Shown here: positions 41,161-53,319 of the stretch, piece by piece
Numbering within the stretch: position 1 is the stretch's first letter
Layout of the letters: every line of letters begins with the position of its first letter
From: Octopus sinensis
Taxonomy: Eukaryota
Direction of reading: 5' to 3'
DNA: 64,000 nt
Assembly: GCF_006345805.1 (NCBI RefSeq)
Contig: NC_043025.1
Coordinates: 4,588,001-4,652,000 of the forward strand
Program-made: the position numbers and the translations under genes
The notes under the pieces: model-generated
The model's input: the letters and a program-made list of their open reading frames with translations, nothing else
What the model was told of the DNA's origin: nothing
Databases searched by the model: none

Positions 41161-41269
41161 AATCCTGTGGTCGAATTTTTCGACTAAAGGTGTTGCTTCA
41201 GCATGGCCACAGTCAAATGACTGAGACAAGTAAAAGGAAAACAAGAATTAAAATAACCAATTTTAACAT

Positions 41270-41675
41270 AGGCGCAGGAGTTGCTGTGTGGTAAGTAACT
41301 TGGTAACCAACCACATGGTTCCGGGTTCAGTCCCACTGCGTGGCATCTTGGGCAAGTGTCTTCTACTATAGCCTCAGGCCGACCAATGTCTTGTGAGTGG
41401 ATTTGGTAGACGGAAACTGAAAGAAGCCTGTTGTATATATGTATGTATATGTGTGTGTGTGTGTGTGTGTGTTTGTATGTCTGTGTTTGTCCCCCTAGCA
41501 TTGCTTGACAACCAATGCTGGTGTGTTTACGTCCCCGTCACTTAGCGGTTCGGCAAAAGAGACCGATAGAATAAGTGCTGGGCTTACAAAGAATAAGTCC
41601 CGGGGTCGATTTGCTCGACTAAAGGCGGTGCTCCAGCATGTCTGCACTCAAATGACTGAAACAAGTAAAAGAAAA
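41270..41675 (+). mobile_element. family-A SINE, full length
   Basis: Consensus match. Confidence 0.9.
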
Positions 41676-41861
41676 GAATAAAGAAAGAATTTGAAAATTT
41701 TCACTTGGTTTTAAAATTCCAAAAATCTGTGACAGAACAGAAAAGATGTCTAACTCTTTCATTTTTCGCTTTTCTTGTGGTAATCTTTCCCTCCTCTCTA
41801 TACATTTTGATCATGCTGTCTCTCACTCTCTGTAAAAGTATATCGCTCACGCTGAGTATAC

Positions 41862-42272
41862 TCTTTTACTTGTTTCGGTCATTTGACTGCGGCCATGCTA
41901 GAGCACCGCCTTTAGTCGAGCAAATCGACCCCGGGACTTATTCTTTTTGTAAGCCCAGTACTTATTCTATCGGTCTCTTTTTTCCGAACCGTTAAGTGAC
42001 AGAGGACGTAAACACACCAGCATCGGTTGTCAAGCAATGCTAGGGGGACAAACACAGACACACAAACAAACACGCATACATATATATATATATATATATA
42101 CATATATACGACAGGCTTCTTTCAGTTTCGGTCTACCAAATCCACTCACAAAGCATTGGTCGGCCCGGGGCTATAGCAGAGGACACTTGCCCAAGATGCC
42201 ACGCAGTGGGACTGAACCTGGAACCATGTGGTTGGTTAGCAAGCTACTTACCACACAGCCACTCCTGCGCCT
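41862..42272 (-). mobile_element. family-A SINE, full length
   Basis: Consensus match. Confidence 0.9.
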
Positions 42273-42440
42273 ATATGTGTATGGAATTTCGTTGGGGTGA
42301 CAGAGTGATTTGAAAAAGTTGTGTAAAAGATAATTTATTTGGCAATCTTTCAAAAGCTGTACATAAGAAATGAAAGTATTGCTTTGGCAATTTCTGTAAA
42401 ATCTTTAATTTCTCTAATTTCTTTTTAACAGCTAAATTGT

Positions 42441-42790
42441 TTATTATTTACATAGGACGGATATTTGTCCTCATCTTGTTTGTTGTTAACACAACATTTC
42501 AGCTGATACACCCTCAAGTCTTCATCAGGTGTCTTGGGGAAATTTCGAACCTGGCATAGTGGTTAAGAGCATGGGCTACTAACTCCAAGATTCCGAGTTC
42601 GATTCCAGGCAGTGACCTGAACAATAATGATAATAATAATAATATCAAAAAATATCTTAGGAATGAGAACCCAGGTTTGAAATTCCCCCATGTCACCTGA
42701 TGAAGGCTGGAGGTTATATCAGCCAAAACGCTGTGTTTACAACAAACAAGATGAGGACAAATATTCGTCAAATGTAAATAATGTAAATAA
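42441..42790 (+). mobile_element. tRNA-headed element with a Penelope-like hammerhead tail and an inverted 5' copy of the tail
   Basis: A/B boxes at 42553-42606. CTGATGAAGGCTG..CAGCC(G)AAACG at 42697-42730; inverted copy at 42441-42554. Confidence 0.72.
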
Positions 42791-42942
42791 TATAAATTAT
42801 TCCTCTTCTCTCAAATATAGAACTGTAAATTGTTTATGTTTATATATTTTTGTGTATGTATGTGTTTATGTGTGTATATATATGTATGTTTGTGTATGTA
42901 AGTACTGTATATGTATGTGTATACATATACATGTGTATACAC

Positions 42943-42975
<33 letters not shown>

Positions 42976-43619
42976 CATATATATATGTGTGTGTGTATGT
43001 TTGTGTGGCTGTGTTTGTCCCTCTAGCATTGCTTGACAACCGATGCTGGTGTGTTTACGTCCCCGTCACTTAGCGGTTCGGCAAAAGAGAACAGTAGAAT
43101 AAGTACTGGGCTTACAAAGAATAAGTCCCGGAGTCGATTTGCTCGACTTAAGGCGGTGCTCCAGCATGGCCACAGTCAAATGACAGAAACAAGTAAGAGA
43201 AAAGAAAAGAAAAAAAATATAAATGAGTAACAAAGATGTACAGGTGTCAATTCATTATGCCCGTTTCAAGCAGCTCCTTTAATTGATTAGTAAAAACATT
43301 ACATCAGTTTGAAAGAAACCGTTCTCATCAGATGACCACATAGACTTCAAACATAAAGGATATAACCATTTTTTTAAAAACTAGAATACAGTTGAAAACT
43401 ACATTCTACATAAAGTCTTCAAAATATAAGTAGTTAGGTCATCACTCTTTTCATCCCGACCCCCACTATTTTCCTCTGCTACTCTCGAAATTTTACTAGG
43501 CTTGACATGGTATGCATTATTTTACTAAACACATTCTGCCACAGATATGACAACAGAAACAATGCAAATATTTTGAGTTCCATTATTGATGTGAATATGT
43601 TAAAAAAGAATTGATATAT

Positions 43620-44028
43620 GCACAGGAGTGGCTGTGTGGTAAGTAGCTTGCTTACCAACCACATGGTTCTGGGTTCAGTCCCACTGCGTGGCACCTTGGG
43701 CAAGTGTCTTCTACTATAGCCTCGGGCCGACCAAAGCCTTGTGAGTGGATTTGGTAGACGGAAACTGAAAGAAGCCCGTCGTATATATGTGTATATATAT
43801 ATATGCGTGTGTATGTTTGTGTGTCTGTATTTGTTCCCCTAGCATTGCTTGACAACCGATGCTGGTGTGTTTATGTCCCTGTCACTTAGCAGTTCGGCAA
43901 AAGAGACTGATAGAATAAGTACTGGGCTTACAAAGAATAAGTCCCAGGGTCGAGTTGCTCGATTAAAGGTGGTGCTCCAGCATGGCTGCAGTCAAATCAC
44001 TGAAACAAGTAAAAGAGTAAAGAGAGAG
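43620..44028 (+). mobile_element. family-A SINE, full length, TSD TATAT (a tail-only copy lies at 42990-43215)
   Basis: Consensus match; the empty-site sequence is preserved at 45271-45481. Confidence 0.9.
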
Positions 44029-44354
44029 TATATCCTTTGTTTGAGGTCTATGCAGCCATCTGACAAGGATGGTTTCTTTCGAATTGATGTAATGTTTAAA
44101 TTAATCAATTAAAGGAGCCACTTGAAACAGTCATAATGAATTGACACCTGTACATCTTTGCTACTCATATTCTGTTCACCAAACTTGGAATCTGCACTTG
44201 GGAAATACTATAAAAAGTACCTTTATAAAAAGTGCATGCCTGAATTACCAAGTGCAGATATCTTCATTTAGCTGGGTTGCATTGTCTGCACACACGGCAG
44301 GAATATCAGGTACAAACACCTCTGCAAGGAATCTTGATATTCAGTATTCAATTA

Positions 44355-44815
44355 ATATTAATAATAACAAACAATGAAATTATTGTATACATTGCTCAAG
44401 TGCACCACAATTTGTCAAAAAGTGCGTATAAAGCATATGCAGTAATGTACAAATGTCTGGAAAGCGAACAATGTATGAGTCAGATACATGCTTGCTTGTG
44501 TATGGAGGGGAGAAAATCGGTAGTGTAGTGTTGGCGAATCTCAGGAAGCATGGAAGTTTTGAAGGAGCAGTGCTCCGACAACTAACAAACTGATGCCAGC
44601 AGTTTGTTCCATGCTTCAGCGTGTGTATGGAGGGGAGAAAATCAGGTGTAGTGTTGGCGAATCTCAGGAAGCATGGAAGTTTTGAAGGATGCAGTGCTCC
44701 GACAACTAACAACTGATACCAGCAGTTTGTTCCATGCTTCAGCAACTCTTAGCATGAAAAAATGTTTCCTAAAGTGATGGGAGCTGTGCTGTTTTCTGAC
44801 TTTGTTTGGGTGTGC
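44355..44815 (-). mobile_element. CR1/L2-clade LINE 3' fragment with the same internal duplication as 40686-41160
   Basis: Reverse complement of the AEAWNKLP region and 3' UTR. Confidence 0.85.
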
Positions 44816-44894
44816 AGATTATACCGACCTAGCAAGGTGCTTCAATTTAAGTGCCTAATCCAACTGAATCTTAATTATATTATATATATATGTA

Positions 44895-45570
44895 TAGGGA
44901 GAGTTTACGGAAAAAAACAAAAGACGAAGACGGGTGGTGTACAAAACAAACAGATGTATTAGTATAACGCTCAGGAATAGAAAAAGTCTTTTACGTTTCG
45001 AGCCTATGCTCTCCTACAGAAAGGGACACAGAAAACAAGGAGAGAAAAAAAATGTGTGTAGTGGCTAACAATATACATTTATACATATATATATACCGGA
45101 GTAAACACATAAATGTGAAACAAGGTGGAAAAAAGAGTACTCAAATACCAGTGGGAGAGTAATATGCTTTATTTAAAGCAGCAGAAAATTCAACAAAACC
45201 TGTTACTCTGAGTTTTACGTTCCCGTTCGTCGGACAGTTTTTGCTAGAATTCTAGCATTCATTGAGAATTCATTCTGCCACAGATATGACAAAAGAAACA
45301 ATGCAAATATTTTGAGTTCCATTATTGATGTAAATATGTTAAAAAAGAATTGATATATCCTTTGTTTGAGGTCTATGCATCCATCTGACAAGAATGGTTT
45401 CTTTCGAATTGATTTTGTAATGTTTAATTAATCAATTAAAGGAGCCACTTGAAGCAGTCATAATGAATTGACACCTGTACACAAGAATCCTAGCAAAAAC
45501 TGTCTGACGAACGGGAACGTGAAACTCAGAGTTACATGTTTTGTTGAATTTTCTGCTGCTTTAAATAAAG

Positions 45571-45575
<5 letters not shown>
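44895..45575 (-). mobile_element. Penelope-like non-autonomous element(s) with hammerhead folds and inverted arms
   Basis: Hammerhead-like folds at 44988-45023 (-), 45195-45241 (-) and 45496-45542 (+). Inverted repeat 45167-45253 / 45484-45570. Confidence 0.7.
45496..45542 (+). ncRNA. minimal type I hammerhead ribozyme candidate
   Basis: AAAACTGT-CTGACGA-ACG(GGAA)CGT-GAAA-CTC(A)GAG-TT-ACATGTTTT. Confidence 0.6.
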
Positions 45576-45622
<47 letters not shown>

Positions 45623-46020
45623 TAGGCGCAGGAGTGGCTGTGTGGTAAGTAGCTTGCTAACCAACCACATGGTTCCGGTTCAGTCCCACTGCGTGGCATC
45701 TTGGGCATGTGTCTTCTGCTATAGCCCCGGGCCGACCAATGCCTTGTGAGTGGATTTGGTAGACGGAAATTGAAAGAAGCCTGTCGTATATATGTATATA
45801 TATGTGTTTGTGTGTGTGTTTGTCCCCCTAGCATTGCTTGACAACCGATGCTGGTGTGTTTATTTCTCCGTTACTTAGCGGTTCGGCAAAAGAGACCGAT
45901 AGAATAAGAACTGGGTTTACAAAAGAATAAGTCCTGAGGTCAAGTTGCTCGACTAAAGGCGGTGCTCCAGCATGGCCGCAGTCAAATGACTGAAACAAGT
46001 AAAAGAGTAAAGAGAGAGAG
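45623..46020 (+). mobile_element. family-A SINE, full length
   Basis: Consensus match. Confidence 0.9.
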
Positions 46021-46221
46021 TATATATATATATATATATATATATATGTAGGTCCCGGTTGAGTTGGGGTTAACCACAGTAAATAAGGTACTCAATACAT
46101 AGCAGAGTAAATTAATTTATTATATAGAAGGAGCATCTACAGGACTAAAACTGTTTCATTCAAAAGAAATCATCAGGAAGCTAGTAGACAAGAGTTGTTT
46201 TCTTGTCTACTCTTGTCTACT

Positions 46222-46272
46222 AGCTTCCTGATGATTTCTTTTGAATGAAACAGTTCTAGTCCTGTAGAAGCT
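46222..46272 (+). ncRNA. type I hammerhead ribozyme candidate (inverted twin at 46132-46182, -)
   Basis: AGCTTC-CTGATGA-TTTC(TTTT)GAAT-GAAA-CAG(TTCTAGTC)CTG-TA/GAAGCT. Canonical core, 6-bp stem I, predicted cleavage after 46266. Confidence 0.75.
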
Positions 46273-46277
46273 CCTTC

Positions 46278-46310
<33 letters not shown>

Positions 46311-46414
46311 GTATACACACACAAAAAAAATACACAAGCCTGAACAATTCAGCTGACAAAATTACAGAAATAAATACACATACATGCGCATAGACATACA
46401 AACATATCTCTTTT

Positions 46415-46820
46415 CTCTTTCTCTTTTTACTTGTTTCAGTCATTTGACTGCGGCCATGCTGGAGCACCGCCTTTAGTCGAGCAAATCGACCCCGGGACTT
46501 ATTCTTTTTGTAAGCCCAGTACTTATTCTATCGGTCTCTTTTGCCGAACCGCTAAGTGACGGGGACGTAAACACACCAGCATCGGTTGTCAAGCAATGCC
46601 AGGGGAACAAACACAGACACACAAACATATTCACACACACTTATATATATATATACATATATACGACAGGCTTCTTTCAGTTTCCGTCTACCAAATCCAC
46701 TCACAAGGCATTGGTCGACCCGGGGCTATAGTAGAAGTCACTTGCCCAAGATGCCACGCAGTGGGACTGAACCCGGAACCATGTGGTTGATTAGCAAGCT
46801 ACTTACCAAACAGCCACTCT
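46415..46820 (-). mobile_element. family-A SINE, full length
   Basis: Consensus match. Confidence 0.9.
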
Positions 46821-47024
46821 GAGTCTGCTGGAAATAAAAAATGAAGAAATTAAAAAATTTTTACAGAAATCGCTGATGGAATACTTTCACTTTTCGTGTA
46901 TAGCTCTTGAAAGATTGCCATTTGTTTTAATAGCATACTTTTCTGTTAGTAAATATGTTTTTCTTATACACACACACACAGACTCAATTGATGCTAGGTG
47001 GAGATTACTCTCTCTCCCTTTTTT

Positions 47025-47662
47025 TACTCTTTTACTTGTTTCAGTAATTTTACTGCTGCCATGCTGGAGCACTGCCTTTAATCGATCAACTCGACCCCGG
47101 GACTTATTCTTTTTGTAAGCCCAGTACTTATTCTATCGGTCTCTTTTGCCGAACCGCTAAGTAACGGGGACGTAGACACACCAGCATCGGTTGTCAAGCA
47201 ATGCTAGGGGTACAAACACAGACACACAAACACACACACGCATATATATATATACATTAAAACGCGGCGAGCTGGCAGAAACGTTAGCATGCCGGGCGAA
47301 ATGAGTATCCGTATTTCGACTGCCGTTACCTTCTGTGTTCGAATTCCGCCGAGGTCGACTTTGCCTTTCATCCTTTCGGGGTCGATAAATTAAGTACCAG
47401 TTAAGCACTGGAGTCGATGTAATTGCCTTAATTCGTTTGTCTGTCCTTGTTTCTCCCCTCTATGTTTAGCCCCTTGTGGGTAATAAAGAAACATATATAT
47501 ATATACATATATACGACGGGCTTCTTTCAGTTTCCGTCTACCAAATCCACTCACAAGGCTTTGGTAGAAGACACTTGCCCAAGGTGCCATGCAGTGGGAC
47601 TGAACCCGGAACCATGTGGTTGGTAAACAAGCTACTTACCACACAGCCACTCCTGCGCCTAT
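47025..47662 (-). mobile_element. family-A SINE split by a nested family-B SINE (47246-47488, +)
   Basis: A tail at 47025-47235 and A head at 47500-47662, with a complete B copy between them in the central microsatellite. Confidence 0.87.
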
Positions 47663-48367
47663 TTGAAACTTATTTGAAATTATAAATGGAAACAAATTGT
47701 AGATTTGGACTGTCTGTATTTTGAAACTATGATTTAAAGAATGTTGAGAAAAAAGTTGAAATTTTAGGATTTAAGTGGGAGGTGTGTGTGTGTGGGGGGT
47801 AATGGAAAAATGTTTTAAATTTCACTATTGTTTTTAAATTACATTTTATTTTCTGTTTGAAAATAAAAGAAGTGGGGAATGTAATGGTGACCATCAATTT
47901 CCAAAAACTTTTTTTTTAACGTTCGAGGCTTGTTTTTAGGTGCGTAGTACAAAAAAAAAGCAATGGCCAAAATTGGTACTGAGGGTGGGGTGGAGTGAAA
48001 AAAATTCATAAATTTTCAAATTTTTTTTTTTTTTGTTTTTATTGCAAAAATATCTACTGTTATTTTTATGCTCGTAGTGTCAAAAAAAAAAAAAAATTGG
48101 ACAAAACTGGGTGGGGGCAGATTCATGAGTTTTCCACATTTTTTTTCTTAAAAACAAACAGCGTCCCTCCCCCCACTTATTGTTCACAAGGGTGTGGTAA
48201 AGAAAAATTTTGAAAAGTCCGTGTCAAAATGGAGAAAATCTAGCTTATGTGGAAGTGCTTTTCTGAAAGTCTGCCAAGGTATTCTATTGTGAAAATTGCC
48301 CAACAATCATGAGATTCTCAGCTAGTGTATATATACATGTGTATGTGCGTGTACATATAAATATATA

Positions 48368-48788
48368 TACTCTTTTAGTCTCTTTTACTTGTTTCAGTCA
48401 TTTGACTGCGGCCATGCTGGAGCACCGCCTTTTTTTAGTCGAGGAAATCGACCCCGGGACTTATTCTTTGTAAGCCCAGTACTTATTCTATCGGTCTCTT
48501 TTGCCGAACCGCTAAGTGACGGAGACGTAAACACACCAGCATGTTGTCAAGCAATGCTAGGGGGACAAACACAGACACACAAACACACACACACATACAT
48601 ATATATATACATACATATATACGACAGGCTTCTTTCAGTTTCCGTCTACCAAATCCACTCACAAGGCATTGGTCGGCCCGGGGCTATAGCAGAAGACACT
48701 TGCCCAAGATGCCACGCAGTGGGACTGAACCCGGAACCATGTGGTTGGTTAGCAAGCTACTTACCACACAGCCACTCCTGCGCCTATA
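48368..48788 (-). mobile_element. family-A SINE, full length
   Basis: Consensus match. Confidence 0.9.
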
Positions 48789-48884
48789 TATATATAAATA
48801 ATATATATATTATTAAGGTGGTGAGATGGCAGAAACGTTAGCACGCCGGGCGAAATGCTTAGCGGTATTTCACCTGTACACACA

Positions 48885-49250
48885 GGTGCAGGTATAGCTG
48901 TGTGGTAAGAAGCTTCCCATTCATATGGTTCCAGGTTCAGTCCCACTGCTTGGCACCTTGGACAGGTGTCTTCTACTACAGCCCCAGGCTGACCAAAGCC
49001 TTGTGAGTGGATGTGGTAGACGAAAACTGAAAGAAGCCCATTGTATTTATGTGTTTGTTCCCCAACACTGTCGTCAATCGGTGTTGGTTTGTTTACATCC
49101 CTGTAACTTAGCAGTTCAGCAAAAGAGAGCAATAGAATAAGTACCAGGTTTTAAAAAAGATAAGTACTGAAGTTGATTTATTACTAGCTTAATAATCTTC
49201 AAAGTGGTGCCCCAGCATGGCCACAGTATGATTATTGAAACAAGTAAAAG
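48885..49250 (+). mobile_element. older diverged family-A SINE
   Basis: Diverged consensus match; its 3' part is duplicated at ~59132. Confidence 0.8.
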
Positions 49251-49541
49251 ATAATAGATGTATGTATGTGTATATTAATAAATATATGTATGCACATATA
49301 CATACATACATACATACATATATATATATATATGTGTGTCTGTGCATAGAAATAAATACACACACACACACAAATAGATATAGATTTTTATGATAGCAGA
49401 AATGACAAGCAAAAAAATAGTGGGTGTAAGTTGCATATACATATACATGATGTAATCTTTACAGCTGTTTCAGTTTAAAAAAAGTTCCTTGGGAATATTA
49501 CTAATAATTGAATTTTTATGAGTAATATTTTTATCATCTAT

Positions 49542-50147
49542 ATAGGCACAGGAGTGGCTGTGTGGTAAGTAGCTTGCTTACCAACCACATGGTTCCGGGT
49601 TCAGTCCCACTGCGTGGCACCTTGGGCAAGTGTCTTCTACTATAGCCTCGGCCGACCAAAGCCTTGTGAGTGGATATGGTAGACGGAAACTGAAAGAAGC
49701 CCGTCGTATATATGTATGTGGTTTAATATAGGCATAGGAATGGCTGTGTGGTAAGTAGCTTGCTTACCAACCACATGGTTCCGGGTTCAGTCCCACTGCG
49801 TGACACCTTGGGCAAGTGTCTTCTACTATAGCCTCAGGCCGACCAAAGCCTTGTGAGAGTGGATTTGGTAGACGGAAACTGAAAGAAGCCCGTCGTATAT
49901 ATGTATATATATATATATGTGTGTGTTTGTGTGTCTTTGTTTGTCCCCCTAGCATTGCTTGACAACCGATACTAGTGCGTTTATATCCCCATCACTTAGC
50001 AGTTCGGCCAAAGAGACCGATAAAATAAGTACTAGGCTTACAAAGAATAAGTCCCGGGGTCGAGTGCTCGACTAAAGGTGGTGCTCCAGCATGGCCGCAG
50101 TCAAATGACAGAACAAGTATAAGAGTAAAAGAGTATATATATATATA

Positions 50148-50189
<42 letters not shown>

Positions 50190-50365
50190 ATAATATATAT
50201 ATATATATATATGTGTGTTTGTGTGTCTTTGTTTGTCCCCCTAGCATTGCTTGACAAACGTGCTGGTACGTTTATATCCCCGTCACTTAGCAGTTGCTCG
50301 ACTAAAGTTGGTGCTCCAGCATGGCCGCAGTCAAATGACAGAAACAAGTATAAGAGTAAGAGTAT
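49542..50365 (+). mobile_element. cluster of family-A SINE pieces (head, full copy, deleted tail)
   Basis: Consensus matches at 49542-49720, 49730-50130 and 50210-50365. Confidence 0.85.
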
Positions 50366-50527
50366 AATAATTTGCTTGTTCGTTTGCCTATTATTCTTTA
50401 GTTAGTTAGAGAGGTGGAGTAAAAATGAGAGAGAGAGTAGGGGAGAAGTATGAGTAAGGAGAGGAGAGAGGAATATGATAATACAGTGAGGCCAATAGCA
50501 TCATGTGGTTAGTTGAAAGTATATATA

Positions 50528-50742
50528 TACTCTTTTACTTGTTTCAGTCATTTGACTGCGGCCATGCTGGAGCATCGCCTTTAGTCGAGCAAATCGACCC
50601 CAGGACTTATTCTTTTTGGAAGCCCAGTACTTATTCTATCGGTCTCTTTTGCCGAAACGCTAAGTGACGGGGTCGTAAACACACCAGTATCAGTTGTCAA
50701 GCAATGCTAGGGGGGACAAACACAGACACACAACAAACACAC

Positions 50743-50782
<40 letters not shown>

Positions 50783-50948
50783 TACGACAGGCCTCTTTCA
50801 GTTTCCGTCTACCAAATCACTCACAAGGCATTGGTCGGCCCGGGGCTATAGCAGAAGACACTTGCCCAAGGTGCCACGAAGTGGGACTGAACCCGGAACC
50901 ATGTGGCTGGTTAGCAAGCTACTTACCACACAGCCACTCCTGCGCCTA
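50528..50948 (-). mobile_element. family-A SINE, full length
   Basis: Consensus match. Confidence 0.9.
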
Positions 50949-51252
50949 TTTATATGTATTTTTTTTTGCCACATAAGCACCCCACGTAAATACTCATTCT
51001 TCATTTCAGTTTCATTATTGCTCATATTTTAGTGTCTTTTCTCTGAAATCTTTCATCATATCCTGTGACCTCATCACTAACTCACTACCCCACGTGTCTC
51101 TTCCTGTTCTGTTTAGTTCATGGACTCTAAAATAAAAACAGGAATAAATCTGAAGTGAGGAACGGAGTATATAACATATATTTTCTCAGGAAAAAGGAAA
51201 AAAAAAAATAAGGTCGATCCCGAAATATAACAATATCTGGGTTTTTTTTTTT

Positions 51253-53127
51253 TATTACCCACAAGGGGCTAAACACAGAGGGGACAAACAAGGACAGACA
51301 AACGGATTAAGTCAATTACATCGACCCCAGTGCGTAACTGGTACTTAATTTATCGACCCCGAAAGGATGAAAGGTAAAGTCGACCTCAGCGGAATTTGAA
51401 CTCAGAACGTAACGACAGACGAAATACCTATTTTTTTATTACCCACAAGGGGCTAAACACAGAGGGGACAAACAAGGACAGACAAACGGATTAAGTCAAT
51501 TACATCGACCCCAGTGCGTAACTGGTACTTAATTTATCGACCCCGAAAGGATGAAAGGCAAAGTCGACCTCGGCGGAATTTGAACTCAGAACGTAACGAC
51601 AGACGAAATACCTATTTTTTTATTACCCACAAGGGGCTAAACACAGAGGGGACAAACACGGACAGACAAACGGATTAAGTCACTTACATCGACCCCAGTG
51701 CGTAACTGGTACTTAATTTATTGACCCCGAAAGGATGAAAGGCAAAGTCGACCTCGGCGGAATTTGAACTCAGAACGTAACGACAGACGAAATACCTATT
51801 TTTTTATTACCTACAAGGGGCTAAACATAGAAGGGACAAACAAGGACAGACAAACAGATTAAGTCGATTACATCGACCCCAGTGCGTAACTGGTACTTAA
51901 TTTATCGACCCCGAAAGGATGAAAGGCAAAGTCGACCTCGGCGGAATTTGAACTCAGAACGTAACGACAGACGAAATACCTATTTTTTTATTACCCACAA
52001 GGGGCTAAACACAGAGGGGACAAACACGGACAGACAAACGGATTAAGTCACTTACATCGACCCCAGTGCGTAACTGGTACTTAATTTATCGACCCCGAAA
52101 GGATGAAAGGTAAAGTTGACCTCAGCGGAATTTGAACTCAGAACGTAACGACAGACGAAATACCTATTTTTTTATTACCCACAAGGGGCTAAACATAGAC
52201 GGGACAAACAAGGACAGACAAAGGGATTTAAGTCGATTACATCGACCCCAGTGCGTAACTGGTACTTAATTTATCGACCCCGAAAGGATGAAAGGCAAAG
52301 TCGACCTCGGCGGAATTGAACTCAGAACGTAACGACAGACGAAATACCTATTTTTTATTACTACAAGGGGCTAAACATAGAAGGGACAAACAAGGACAGA
52401 CAAACAGATTAAGTCGATTACATCGACCCCAGTGCATAACTTGTACTTAATTTATCGAACCGAAAGGATGAAAGGCAAAGTCGACCTCGGCGGAATTTGA
52501 ACTCAGAACGTAACGACAGACGAAATACCTATTTTTTTATATCACAAGGGGCTAAACACAGAGAGGACGAACAAGGACAGACAAAGGGATTTAAATCGAT
52601 TACATCGACCCCAGTGCGTAACTGGTACTTAATTTATCGACCCCGAAAGGATGAAAGGCAAAGTCGACCTCGGCGGAATTTGAACTCAGAACGTAACAGC
52701 AGACGAAATACCTATTTCTTTACTACCCACAAGGGGCTAAACATAGACGGGACAAACAAGGACAGACAAACGGATTAAGTTGATTACATCGACCCCAGTG
52801 CGTAACTGGTACTTAATTTATCGACCCCGAAAGGAAGAAAGGCAAAGTCGACCTCAGCGGAATTTGAACTCAGAACGTAACGACAGACGAAATACCTATT
52901 TCTTTATTACCCACAAGGGGCTAAACATAGACGGGACAAACAAGGACAGACATAGGTATAAAGTCAATTACATCGACCCCAGTGCGTAACTGGTACTTAA
53001 TTTATCGACCCCGAAAGGATGAAAGGCAAAGTCGACCTCGGCGGAATTTGAACTCAGAGCGTGACGGCAGACGACATACGGCTACGTATTTAGCCTGGCG
53101 TGCTACCGATTCTGCCATCTCGCCGCC
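51253..53127 (-). repeat. head-to-tail array of ten family-B SINE units (~184 bp): one full length and nine identically 5'-truncated
   Basis: Units at ~51260, 51444, 51628, 51811, 51996, 52180, 52361, 52543, 52728 and 52912; the head GGCGGCGAGATGG is present only at 53127. Confidence 0.93.
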
Positions 53128-53319
53128 TTGTAAATACAACAATATATGTTTCATCACATGGTTTCACATAAGGAATCTTGCGGATCAAATCCACAAATGT
53201 AACTTGTATTATTTAATCTCTTATTTTACATGTAGTTTATACCACTTAATACCAAATTAGAAATAATTTTGTTCTGTTCCGTGTTAGGCTGATGATCCAA
53301 TTACTTTTAGAATCTTGCT

